Position numbers and translations under genes: made by a program. 64,000 bases of DNA, taken from contig UYFQ01000093.1 in the NCBI GenBank assembly GCA_900617105.1, forward strand, positions 1-64,000, written 5' to 3'. The notes beneath the pieces are model-generated. The model was not told where the DNA came from and did not search any database. It saw only the letters and a list, made by a program, of their open reading frames with translations. Source of the stretch: Hydrurus foetidus (taxonomy: Eukaryota). Below, one piece after another: positions 41,133-53,500 of the stretch (position 1 is the first letter of the stretch; each line of letters starts with the position of its first letter).

Positions 41133-44100
41133 CATTAGAATTTTTGTTTTTTTCGGTACTTTCATTTTCATCATCATTGGTGCTGTCATTTCCGTTATTT
41201 TCACTGCTCTCCATACATATGGAATCGTACGAAAAACCGTGATTTTTATGATTTCTGTGAGACTTAATATTGCTGTCCATATTATCATCAGAATTAGGGT
41301 CAAAGTTTGACAGAACTTCATTTTTACCGTTTTCCATCTTTTCTCGTATATTCGCAGTTATCATCGATTTCACTTTTAGTCTCGATATGTCCGAGACGGT
41401 ACTTACACCTTTGATGTAGTACGTGTCATCGTAACTACTCACCTTGATCTTCTCATTTCTGTTCTCGTCATTAATTTTATTGTTATTTTCATTGTTATTC
41501 TTTTTTCGATTCTCAGTATTATTTTTTGTTTCCCCCTCCCCTACATTTTGGTCTCCAGTGTCATAAAACTGGCAAAATTTCGGATTTAATCCCGTACTAT
41601 TTCCTTCTTTCCGTGTAACTTCGCCATGTCCGTACAAAGAGTAACGTACGTTCTCATTGAATACTCCTGTTACTTTGTATTTTTTTTCTGTTTCTGATTC
41701 CAACGTGCCAGCTCGCTCTCTTTCGCCCTCCCCTTCTATTTTCACTATTGCCATTCCACTTTCTGTCTCGTTTGTTGAAGGTTTCAAAATGTATTTTCGA
41801 TTATTTTCCTCTGACCAATTTTCATTTTCATTTATGCATCCCGCTTTTCTTTTATTATAACTTGAATAAAAACCCTGTGATCTGTCCGTACGAGATCCAA
41901 CTACGTGCGTTACAGAACTGTACTTATCGTACGTTCTACTTGTGAAGTGTTGCGCAGAATCGAAATAGCTGTTACCGTTGTTCATATCGTAAAATATGTT
42001 ACTATTATTATTGTAATCATTTTGTCTGTCGTGTGTCCCACTTATGTTGCTTACATTCGTAACACTTGAGCTTAAAATGATTGTATTATTGGTGTTAGAT
42101 TCGTTGTAATTATCTGAATATTTTTTAATATTGTTTTTGCTGCTGCTATTTAAATCTTTCGAACTGTCACTATTCGTCTCATTTTTATTTTTACTACTAT
42201 AATAAGGATTTTTGTTTTTATAATCATTAACAACAATATCATCTTTCTTAGTGTCATTATAATTGCCATCGTTTTTGTAATTTCTATAAGCCTCGCAATG
42301 ACTATAATCGACAATTCTGCTATCTTTCAAATTGCCGTTTAATGTGTTACACATTTCTGTCGCTAATGAATATTTGGAATCATTTTTTTCGTCATTGTGA
42401 TTCCTGTTAAAATTATCATTCTCAGCTTGATTAGAATTGGTATTTTTATCACCGAAATTAGCATTTTGATTATCAGTAGAATCCGTCAAAAAATTTCCGT
42501 CATATATTCCCGAATCCGTAATATGATTATGAACACGGTTTACCAGCGTTTCACCGAATCTAGCTAAATGATCTAATTCCGTGTAAGAGGATTGCAATGT
42601 AATTGCTTTATTTGATTTTTTCAACCAGAACATTAGATCATTAACTTCATCGTCTTTCGTCAGAAATGTGCTCAATGCTATACGGATTCTGTCGTCGCTC
42701 AAACCGGATAAATCATCCGCTGAATTTATACTAATTTTTTTGGAGATGACAGAGAACAAGGATAGAAAAATGAGAGATAACAGTGAGAGAGAGTAGGATG
42801 AAAATTCAATTAACGAATGCTTGATAGGGTTAAGGCGAGACGGGTAGAGATGAGAAGTAGCTATGCGTTACTTAATCCGTGATCTAGCGATGGATAGATG
42901 AACACGGAAATAAGGTTCGTAAGAGGGGTGGTAATTAACAACACAATTCTATATTTCTAAAATTCTCACCTGTCTGTAAGTGCGTACATGTCGTTGATTC
43001 CGAGGGATCGTGGATCTGGAGATTCCGAATCTTCACCACTCGGTCCTCTGAAGTTGAAGAAAAAGAAAAAATTAATTGAATTGCGTACAAATAAAATCTA
43101 AATCAAACATAGTTCTGTTGACAATATCAGGACAATAGCAGGAGTACACAGTCAGTAAAGAAGAGATGTCAAGATGGACTCGAAAACACTTACACTCCGA
43201 TCAAGTTCACCCTGGTAGAGGCATCTTCGTACCTTTCAAGCTTAGAACACCCACTGTTGTTACATCCATCTAACGTGATAAAAATACAGATAATAGAGCA
43301 AATGATAAGTTGATTACAATATGATGCATATTAACTGAAAATAAATGATTGAAAAGTACAAGATGACGAAGTAAAGGCATGCGACAGATATGAGAACAGT
43401 CGAATCCTAGTGCAGAAAGTAATGACGATAAACATAAAAAGAAAATAGTCGAGGAGAAACAGTAGAAAAGAACAAGATGAAAATATGTGGAAATAATTCA
43501 TCATTGAATAGAAAACAGAAACAAGAGACACAATCAGTACGTACGTACGTACCTGTCGCATCATCTGTAAGTGTGCCCGGTAAGAAAGATCCCTCTAACG
43601 CCATCGTGAGAGCCTACAGAAAAACAATGTTACGAGAGACTGTAAGAAATAATGTGACCATTAAAATGTACACATCGCAAACAGAAATGCACACACACTG
43701 CTTCTTCCTCGCTTGTCCAAGGTGAATTCCTTCGAAACAAAAATGTCTAATAGTTGATGTTATCTGCTGTGTTATGGTATGAGCCCAGCAGTAAAGCAAA
43801 TCAAATATCATGTTACATCATTGCATCACATTGTATCTCATGACATGAAATCAGTCAATCAACTCGAAATGACATTTCCATGTAGAAACTAAAAATGCCA
43901 ATCACAAATAGATACCAAAATTCAGCATCTATTTGATCCGGTCAAGAATAATGTAAACAAGAGTGTAATCGCATCATAAAATATCACACGAACAATAATA
44001 TTTGCAAAAATACTAACGACAATAGAAAAACAAGTACAAAGAATAAGAGAAAAATGAATAAACAATGAGTACAATTAAAAAATAGAGGTAAAATATACCT

Positions 44101-45025
44101 TGTTTCTGCCGGAGTTTTGCCTTACTGTACTAGTAGTTTTTACATTTTTTCTCGCCATTTCTCTTTCAGATGATAACATTTTTTCCAACCAAATTCTGCG
44201 CAATATTTTCAATTCTTTTCTAGAACTATCGATTAAAGCACAATTAATGTGATTTATATTTAATTGTAATGTCGAGTCATTGGAAGGGATTTTATTTTTG
44301 TTATTCAACTTGTTACTGTTCGTGTTTTCGTTATTTTGATTATCATTATCATTTTTGTTGTTATTATTACTATGATTGTTATTATCATCATTATTATTAT
44401 TAACATTATTATTATTATTGTGACAAATAGTAATGTTATTACTTCGGATGTTTTTGTCATTGTTACTACTCGCGCTTGAAGACGAGTGCCGATCCACAAC
44501 TTGTTTCGATTCCAGATCATAACTATTTCTTGACGTGTCGTCTTCTTCGTTATCGTTGTGTTTCACTCGATTTTCATTGCTACCTTCGGTCAGAATTTCA
44601 CCATCGGACTTTGAGGCTATACTGTCTGGATTACTGCTAGCATTTGAATTCTCAGGTTGATAGTCATATCTAGACAGCGGTTGAAATATTCTTTTTCCTA
44701 TGCAACTATCTCCAGTAAACTTCTTCGTTATTCTCATCGGGTCGCAATTTAAGATACTGGAGAGATGTGTTCTCAGCGTAGTTCCGTCTGGAACATCCAA
44801 AGTTCCTAAAGATTAGTTGAAGTTTCTTAAGGATCCTGTCGAGCTGTAGGAACTTTCATTTGCAATTATAAATCACACAGACTCACCATTCTCGAAATCT
44901 TTGATAATGCGACTTGTGTAATTCTCCTCCTCGATTGTCCACTTTCCTCTTCTAAAGTTGATTTGAGTAAGTTCTTTCGGAAGAACTTCATCATTAGAAG
45001 TGGTGTATGATGTGTTGCCCGTCAT
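39949..45025 (-). CDS. Stramenopile-type RGKWT/CDPMRI-domain protein (Myb/SANT-like start) with a long Asn-rich low-complexity C-terminus
   Basis: FRRGKWTIEEENYTSRIIKDFENG, 81-bp intron (44806-44886), then TLDVPDGTTLRTHLSSILNCDPMRITKKFTGDSCIGKRIF. Small phase-consistent exons lead to a ~2.8-kb terminal exon ending at 39949. Alternative ATG at 45067. Confidence 0.8.
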
Positions 45026-46109
45026 GATGTTATACTCGATCTTATTTCGCAGTAGACTTGTGAACATTTAGTCCTTCTAGAGTGTGGTACGCAGCTACAG
45101 AATTTGCAAAGCAAATTGTTGGAGTTCCCAGAGTTGGTTGAAAAAGTGTATTTGAGTGATCACATGAAGTATACTAGATCGATGAGGATGGACGGCGGTG
45201 AGGCTGCTGAAAATGATAGATCTTGAGTTTATCTCCTGCAATGAAACTTTGTCGAAGTTTTCAGTCGATTATCTGGAGAGTCGTGCTCCATACAGCACCA
45301 GTTGAACTGCAACTAAACCAGAAGTGATTGATGACCACTGTAATGGAAATACGTTACGATAGTGCGGTGTAAAATTAGAGCAGCAAAGAGGTGAGTTTAT
45401 CATGAGGTGTTTATTTTTTAAAATCCTCTTTATTATTTCCACCTCATCAAACGCTGCCAGCTCAACTTCAATCAAATGGTTCTCAGTTCTGAAGGTAGGG
45501 AAAAGAACCACCGGTTTCCATTTTCAACCTATCGAAAATACAACAAATAATTTACACGACACGTACGGAGACTCAACTTCAAGTTGTGGGTTTTCGGTCC
45601 AAGGTCTTTTTTTTTTCAAAAGTAGCTCTCTTTTCATTTTTGAGGGCATGAAAAGTGAGAAGCCTGCTGGTCAGTGCTTTCTTACCTTAATTTCACCCAT
45701 GCGAGTTACGAACAACATTGCGCACTGTACAGCGCAAAGTGATAGTAGCAAAGGTGACCATTTTATGACGCCAGGAAAATAGACCGTTCAGTTTTCAAAA
45801 ATGTCGATTTTAGTTAAAAATTGAACTGAATAATTACATGATGAAATTGAATTGATGATAGATCGATATCAAGTGACTCAATGGAATCTATTAAATTCAA
45901 CCTGATGCAATCAGTGTACAATCTTCGCATCAATCTAATGTCTATAGAATAGTTCAATTGCCAAAGTCACAACTAAACAACAATGTCATATGATCACCCT
46001 AGAAGATAGCCGCTGCAAACAATTTGTATCACTCTACACTCATCAAATGCACTTCAAAAAATCCGGTAGACTGCTTTTTGTGGTCCCTTCGGCAATAGAC
46101 TTTTTATCT

Positions 46110-49100
46110 TTATATTAGTGAGACAGTAGCAGAGAGTAAGAGGTGATCGGATGGCTCAGTGGCGACTGGTAGGGGACCGACCAATTCCGTTTTTGACGGA
46201 AGTGAAACTACGGATTCTACTTTCCAGTCTTTGGACATAAATATGTAATCCAGAGTATCCACAAAAGGCTCCTACATTTTATACAAAATAACAAGTCACG
46301 ATACAAGAGATAAAAGCCACAGAGAAGTAGATAAGATTTATCCATCAAAATAAACGTCAGCAAAAAGGGATAAAAAACAGAGACAGGACAAGAGAGATAA
46401 TAAGAAATGTGATCAATGTGATCAATGAGATAATCGCGGTGCGTGTTTCATTCCAGTACTTACGTCATCTTTAACCTTTGCCCAGTTCGTGAATTCGGGC
46501 TCCACTCCTTGACACTCTTTGTACGCGCTTTGTAACGGTTGCACCTGTATGGACGTACGTACGTATGATGTGTAAACACGCACGTACAGTAGTAAGTACA
46601 TGACACTACACAATGCGATCAATTATCAACAACAGAGCAATAAAAACATGTACTGCAATTTTGCTTGACTCCCTTGACATTCAGAATTCCAATTTTTTTG
46701 CTACAAACGAAATCTCCCACAGAGAAATTATCATCAAATGCAGTAAATTGGATTTCACTCTGTCAGTTTGCAGTGTAAGTACCGAGTTACGCACTACTTC
46801 ACGTCACGTACGACTGTACGTACGTACCTTCACTTCCCAGTCATCTCCCTCTACTGCGGGCGGTAACTCGACATTCTACGATAGAGTAAATAAATAAGTG
46901 AATAAACGAATAAATAAACAATGTCAGTAAATGACGGATGAAGAAAAAATGAGGAATGGATAAATAAATAATAATAAAAACAAAAGTAAGTAAACGTATT
47001 CATGAGGAAGTAAGTACTTCAGTTCACGTTTTGTATTTTGTATTTGTTGAGTTGTTCGAAGGTGTAAATGAGTCGCGTAGCCGCTTCGTTCAAAGCGGCT
47101 GAGGACTCTCAAACTAATCGCAAATAAGAAATTAAATCTTATACCAAGAATAAAGCAGGAAATGCCCTTGCAGAAAAAGCGAATCGTACAGAAATATACA
47201 ACTAATTTGTAAGTTGACTGAAAAAAGTCAATTGAAGTTGATAGATTGAGAGACAGCTTCAATAACAGAGAATGCGTGCAATAAGATACAATACAATGTA
47301 ATGTACCGTGCGGTATATTATGCAGTACGTACATCTGCCTCTACCGATCCTTCCGTTAACATCCGGTACATTGAAGATCCTACGTTATGATAGAGACGTT
47401 ATGATCGGTGCATTACCAAGTAGCATGTGGCGGAAGTAGAAAGGAATGTTATTGTCCATGGAGTAAACGTTGTAATAAAGTGTAATGATGAAGTGTTGCG
47501 ACTGAGAGTTCGTAACACTATTCACAGACGATAACAACGTGCTGTTTCAATAAAAAGTTAACAAGTGCCAGTTCGATTGACACTGCTTCAGACCTGCTGC
47601 ACAACATCGCTGACATACAAAACGACTCAACATCACACAAAACGATGAGGCTCTTCATGTACTCCCACGCACTATGTAGCGCTACGAATGGCGAGACAAA
47701 TGCAACATAGTAGGTAGTAATAGAAATCCAATGCGATAAAACTACAGAATATGATCAAGCAGAAAAAACAAAAACCGGATATACTGTTAAAGATAAAGAT
47801 GAATACAAAGACAAAAAAAGCATAAGAAAATTAATTCAATATATCTTACCTGGTTTTATATTGAAATCCCCAACCAGAAGATAAGGATCTTCATTTGAGT
47901 ATTTTTGAATGTGCTGTGCGGCCAGGGCACAGTGAATCATCATCACAGAAGGAAGTTTGAACATACATGGCATGTGGTACGTTCCCACTACGAACGGTCT
48001 ACTCGCAGCACTGTAAAAAGTAGAACAAGAAAAAAGAAGAAAAGGAGGGAGTAGAGGCAGGAAGGGTATAAGAAGTAAGAGAGAGAAAAAGAACAAATAG
48101 GTAGGAGTACGAATTGACATGTAGTAGTGAGGGGAGAAAAAGAACAAGGACAAAAGAAGAAAGAGGAGAGAGTAAGAGTAGGTGGGGTGGAAGCAGGGAG
48201 TAGCGGTAAAGGAAGAAACAAGTAGCAGTAAATGAATTGGTTGGGACAGGGGCAGAGGAAAAAGGAAAAAAGAGATAACAGAAAAGAACTAGGAATATGA
48301 GCAGTGCAGAGGAGAATAGCATGTACGTACGTTGATTTGGATTTGAGGCGAATGGAGACCATTTGATTGAACTTACGGGTGGCTTCGTTCCAAGGATCGA
48401 GAGGCTGATGTAACGTACGTACAGTATGTACATGGTGTACGGGAAGTGCGTCAGTGTTTAGAATGGTTGAATGCAGGACTCAATGTATACAATGAAGTAC
48501 AATGCAACACAACGTGATCCGATAATATGCTATTCAATGCGGTAAGATTAAGTTCATTGCAATGGAGCAAAGTGCTATTTGATACATTTTTAAGTGCGCA
48601 ACACACAATAGAATACAGTGCAGCACCATGTTACACAGTTTGAAGACGTTGACAACAGTATGGCACATTCTAATATAATTCTGCTTTATAAAATGTCACA
48701 GAACAAGTCAGTGGATGACAGTACAGATGTACGAATCTCATGACAAAAAGTTCAAAAAATAGTAGAGGTGTCGAATAAAGTACAAAATAAATTAGAAGTT
48801 CAATTGATTCGTAATAAATTCTGTCTGTACCTTTTCTTGAGTAAAATCGATGCCGAATAGTTTGAGCAACTTAAGCAGTGAAAAATACGGTTCCTTGATG
48901 ATTTCTATAAAAAGAAAATGGAAGGCGATACGATATAAATATATTGGGAGATTTGCAGTAATGGAATTTTAGTAGTGTAAGATAAGATTTCAGGTACGGA
49001 ATTTCCATGGCAGAAAACGCTTCATTGGAGAACAGATTACAGTACAGTAAAAAATGTAAAGCAAGCTTTATCTTTACAATGAAATAAATAAAAGTTGAGT

Positions 49101-50032
49101 GGAAATGAGCTCAGACAAATAAGTTCATGACAAATCATTTCAGAAAATAATTTCATTTGCATAAATGTCATTATACTTACCTAAAGCTTTTTCTGTCGTT
49201 GTTGGTTTTGGTCCTCTTTTTGGCCCTTTTTTCGTGTCCCCTATTTTCGTGATATCCACCGACATAATTTCATATTCTGAAATTGGCACAGCCGTCACTA
49301 CACCCATATATCTACAATTACATATGTGCGTACGTCAGCGCGTGATGCAATTTATTGAAGAAGTGATAGATAGCAAGTGATAGATAGTCTAGGAAATAAA
49401 TGAGGTACGATGTGTTCACATGTCTTCAAATCTATCAATCAATATTAAATTCCAACGCTATTGCTCATGACTGATGAAATATTTAGATGGCGATAAGTGG
49501 CTAAACCATTTCAAGTGGCTGAGGGTTGTGTTGACAAAATATTCGAAAAATTGGGTGACACTGCTTAGTCTGCAATGGCATCAATCAGAATATCCTTGAT
49601 CAAATCTAGTTGTGTCGGTGATGATGAACAAAGTCGATCTCACCCGTTGAACTTGTTGCCGTACAATCCTGTGACCATATGATATCCTCTATTTGCAAAA
49701 TAAGTGTGAAGGACACCAGCCCAAACTGTTGAAACTTCTTGTAGACAAATGATCGCCTTCGAATCTGTTTCAATATCTAGCTTCTGTTTCAGAACTCCTA
49801 GTCTGTAACTTGCCTTCAGATCCTCTGGTCTGCATGATGTAAAGTAGTCAGCACCTCCCAAATCGCTTGATAAGACGTTGTAAGTAGTGACTCTGACTGC
49901 TGATGCCATACTCAAGTTTCTGGTATTAACTCTTCTGTTTAAATTGTTTCTCAAACTGGACCCTGGTAAAAAAGCGATTGTTCGGCTACAGAAGGAAGAG
50001 ACAGAAAGCATCAAGACTATTGCAGAAATCAT
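46110..50032 (-). CDS. Endonuclease/exonuclease/phosphatase (EEP) family protein, CCR4/nocturnin/Angel-like, with bipartite plastid-type leader
   Basis: Motifs VTTYNVLS, ICLQEV, GTYHMP, LVGDFN, FTNW, TLDYIF and PSDH in the expected order across GT-AG exons. N-terminus MISAIVLMLSVSSFCSRTIA/FLP followed by an S/R/N-rich transit-like stretch. Confidence 0.9.
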
Positions 50033-50206
50033 GGGGATTTCTAACCGAAGCAGCTGAGTCGCCGCTGCTGGTCGGTATGATTCCAGAGAGACTACAATGT
50101 CATGGTGATTTTGTCGCCACAGAAATCGAACAATAATTCGGAGGTGTAATTTTGATAGGAGAAGTCGTTGAATGCTCTACCAAAAGCATCGAATACCAAG
50201 TCTGTG

Positions 50207-50536
50207 TGTTGGAGATATCTTAGTTTATGACACGAACACAATCTGTGTACTTATGCATTCGTACGGACGTACGGATTAGTGTGTGTGTGTGTGTGCGTGC
50301 ATGCGTGACGACGATGTGTGGACCCGTGCTTCGGCTCGGTACTTCAAGAAGTAGTGTAGGATGTCTTTTGTTGTTGCGTTGAAAGGGACTCGGGGACTTC
50401 AGCAGGGATGAAGCACAGTCAATTAACAAGTGATTACTGACAACCCAAAGCTTATTTCACGAGCCTTGACCGAGCGTTCTTCAACCGCTGTACACTCACC
50501 CACGTACGTGTCGGCTGAACCGAAGATCCGTCAACA
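50207..50536 (+). repeat. 5' LTR of copia B
   Basis: tgttggaga...cgtcaaca; same sequence as 55492-55821. Confidence 0.97.
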
Positions 50537-50546
50537 TAATTGACTG
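50537..50546 (+). promoter_or_regulatory. Non-tRNA primer-binding site of copia B (taattgactg), complementary to LTR 50416-50425
   Basis: Directly abuts the LTR end, has no TGG start, and is the exact reverse complement of cagtcaatta. Confidence 0.75.
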
Positions 50547-50560
50547 GAGCAGGCATTCCA

Positions 50561-53500
50561 ATGCCTCCCAAACGCGCCGCAGAAGCTTTCAAAAGTACAG
50601 AGGAGTGTACGCTTCAATACGGCAAACACAACAACATCATAAGATGGAGAGAACACATGCAGACGGTAGTAACCGAGCTATACGGGATAGTGGGCATGTT
50701 CTTCTCCACCAACGTGAGATATGAGCTCCCGAGAATTTCATACAGGGATTACCCTGCGGATTCGTCGTCGGAGAGCTCCAGCTCGGATGAGGACGACGAC
50801 GACGGGGGCGACGATCAACCACAGCCAGCACCTGACCCAGAGGCCGTAGCGTACGCTGCTGCGAAACCTGCTCGTGTCGCCGCCAGACTGGCGAGAAACG
50901 AGAGAAGACGAAAAGCGTCGGAACGTTCGAGAGCGAAGTTTAAGGAGGATGATTATATTCAGAGGAAGAGAGATGTCAAAACGCAACGTGAGAACGAACG
51001 TACAATGTACCCCATGATGTGGAAGCGTATGTCGCTACTATCGCAGAGTAGGGTGAGGGAGGAGGAAGAGTTCAAGACCGCGTATGACACCCTGGATTGT
51101 GTTCTGCTGTGGACACTCATCAGAAGAACCCACCTCACACACATGTACGGTGGAGACGAGTCACTGCAAGAGTACAACCAACACGAACAGGAGAGTAAGT
51201 ACGGGTCAATGAGGCAAGGTGAGAGGGAACATATCGTCACCTTCAAGAACAGATTTGATGAACAGGTAACAGCGAACGCAGCCGTGGGGATCGCCGCAGT
51301 GTCGGAGTCAAAGCGAGCATTGGACTTCCTAGGGAAACTCGACACCCGTCGGTACAAGGTCATGTTGGACGATATGAAGCACGACGCGCTACGGCGCAAA
51401 CCGGGTGCGTTCCCCACCACGCTCGCCCTAGCATTCCACATCTCGTCAGAGTGGAATGACCGAGTGCCCGTCCATACACCCACTCCGACACCTGCGGGTG
51501 CGAACGCGGCGTACGTTGCCGAAGGTGCACATGTCACTATGACCAAGGACCCGGCCGAGAAGAAAGCGGGGAAAGCCGGAGGGGGCAGTAAGAAATCAAT
51601 AGCGGATGTGGAGTGTTACAAGTGTGAAACTAAAGGGCACTACGCAAGGGATTGCCCACAAAAGAAATCGTCATCGGAAAAAGTCCACGTCACGACGGGG
51701 AGTCGGACGAGGAGTACGAAGGTGAATCGAGCGAGTGGGGAGTAGCACTTGTGGCTGCAGACGAAGTGTGCTGCTTCTCGCGATTTGACGTGCTACTAGA
51801 CAACGAGGCGTCACTAAATATATTCAGCAATCCTGATTTGCTTACCGACGTTAGAAAGTCCGAGAGAACAATAAAAGTGAGCGGAATTCAACAGGGAGCG
51901 GGAGTGTCAGTCGATCGGGAAGGAGAGTTCGGCGAATTTGGGACGGTGTACTACAGCGGTTCAGCCTCAGCAAATATTCTGTCATTTGCTTCCCAAGTCG
52001 ACTCAGGGGCGTCGATTCGGTACGACCACCTGAGCGACTGCTTCACTCTCCAGCCGAAGGGAAGCACGAGGATCTATCGCTTCGGAAGAAAGCGTGTCGT
52101 TGGGAGCGAGGGAAGATTCTATTCCTGTGATTGGAGAGAGATGGAGTGCGGGAGCGCACTTGTCACGACAGTAGTCGAGAATTTAAAGGCATTTACGAAA
52201 CGCGAAATAGAGCAGGGCAGGCGTGCCCGCGAGCTACTGGCCAGAATGGGATTCCCGACGGTAGAACAGGCGATGTCAATCGTCAATAGCGGGAGCAATT
52301 TTGACGTGACAGCAAGAGACTTCCAGATCGCAGACGCGATATGGGGGAAGGACATCGCATCGCTGAAGGGTAAAACAACGAAGAGAGCTACAGCCGTCGC
52401 CGATATAACCGTGAGCACAAAAATCTTACAACGGGATCAGGTGTTATCGATTGACATTATGTTTATAGAGAAATTAGCTATTCTAGTTGGGGTGGCTACT
52501 CCGTTAGGACTAACTATCGCATACAGTCTTAACACAGCTGATCTAAAGAAGCCGGCGAGGACAGCAGGGCAAGTCAAGATCGGCATCAACCATTTCCTCG
52601 GTGTCCTCGCGTCTCAAAACTTTCGGACGTCCATCATCATGAGCGACGGAGAGGGGGCGGTCACCAGCCTTGTCGACGAGTTGGGAAAACTCGGAGTTGA
52701 AGTCGACGTGAGCGGAGCTGGGGGTCACGTGGCTAGAATCGAGAGAAGAATAAGAGTTATTAAAGAAAGGGTACGGGCTCACGTAGCGTACCACCTGCCG
52801 TTCACCCTGTCGACCGTGGGTATAGCCATGTGTGTACTGTACTGTATATCTAGGCTGAACTACGAACCGGCCGGTTTACGGGGATACGGCCCAAGTCCCC
52901 GCGAGGCGTTTATAGGAAGGAAGCCAGATGGTAAGCGAGATTTTCGTTGTTCGTTTGGCGACTACGCGCAGTGTACCGTACCAAACACAGATGCAGGACT
53001 AGGGAGTCGCACAGAAGACTGCGTGGTGATGCTCCCGCTTGGCAACCGTACAGGGTCCGTGAGAATGCTCTCTCTGAGTACTGGACGACTGGTGAATAGA
53101 GACCAATTTAGAATATTACCGATGCCAGAATCGGTAATCAAGAGGCTTAACGAACTTGCGCTAGCAGACGGGCGTGTGAAAGGTAAAGGTGAGCTGTACG
53201 AGCGACCGTTGTCGTACAAACAGGACGGAGACTCTAGGGGGAATCTACCAGACACGATCGAGCCTACGGTGAACGACGGTGTAGACCCATCCATATTACC
53301 GCTAGACGGAGATGAGCATGGGGAAGCGATAGACGAGAGACCGGACAGTGGGGGTGAACCGGTTGAAAACGGGGGTGACTACCGGGATCAGCAGTACGAT
53401 AGCGGTGAGACACTGTACGAGCCGAATCAGCTAGACGTAAGCGAGCATCATAGTGAACCAACACATCATGCACACGATACTGAGTCCGACCACGCAATGG

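Noticed and set aside
50220..50429. 69-aa ORF repeated in the LTRs (also 22019-22228 and 55505-55714)
   Set aside because: TTG start, antisense, runs through a (CA)n tract; recurrence is explained by LTR identity.
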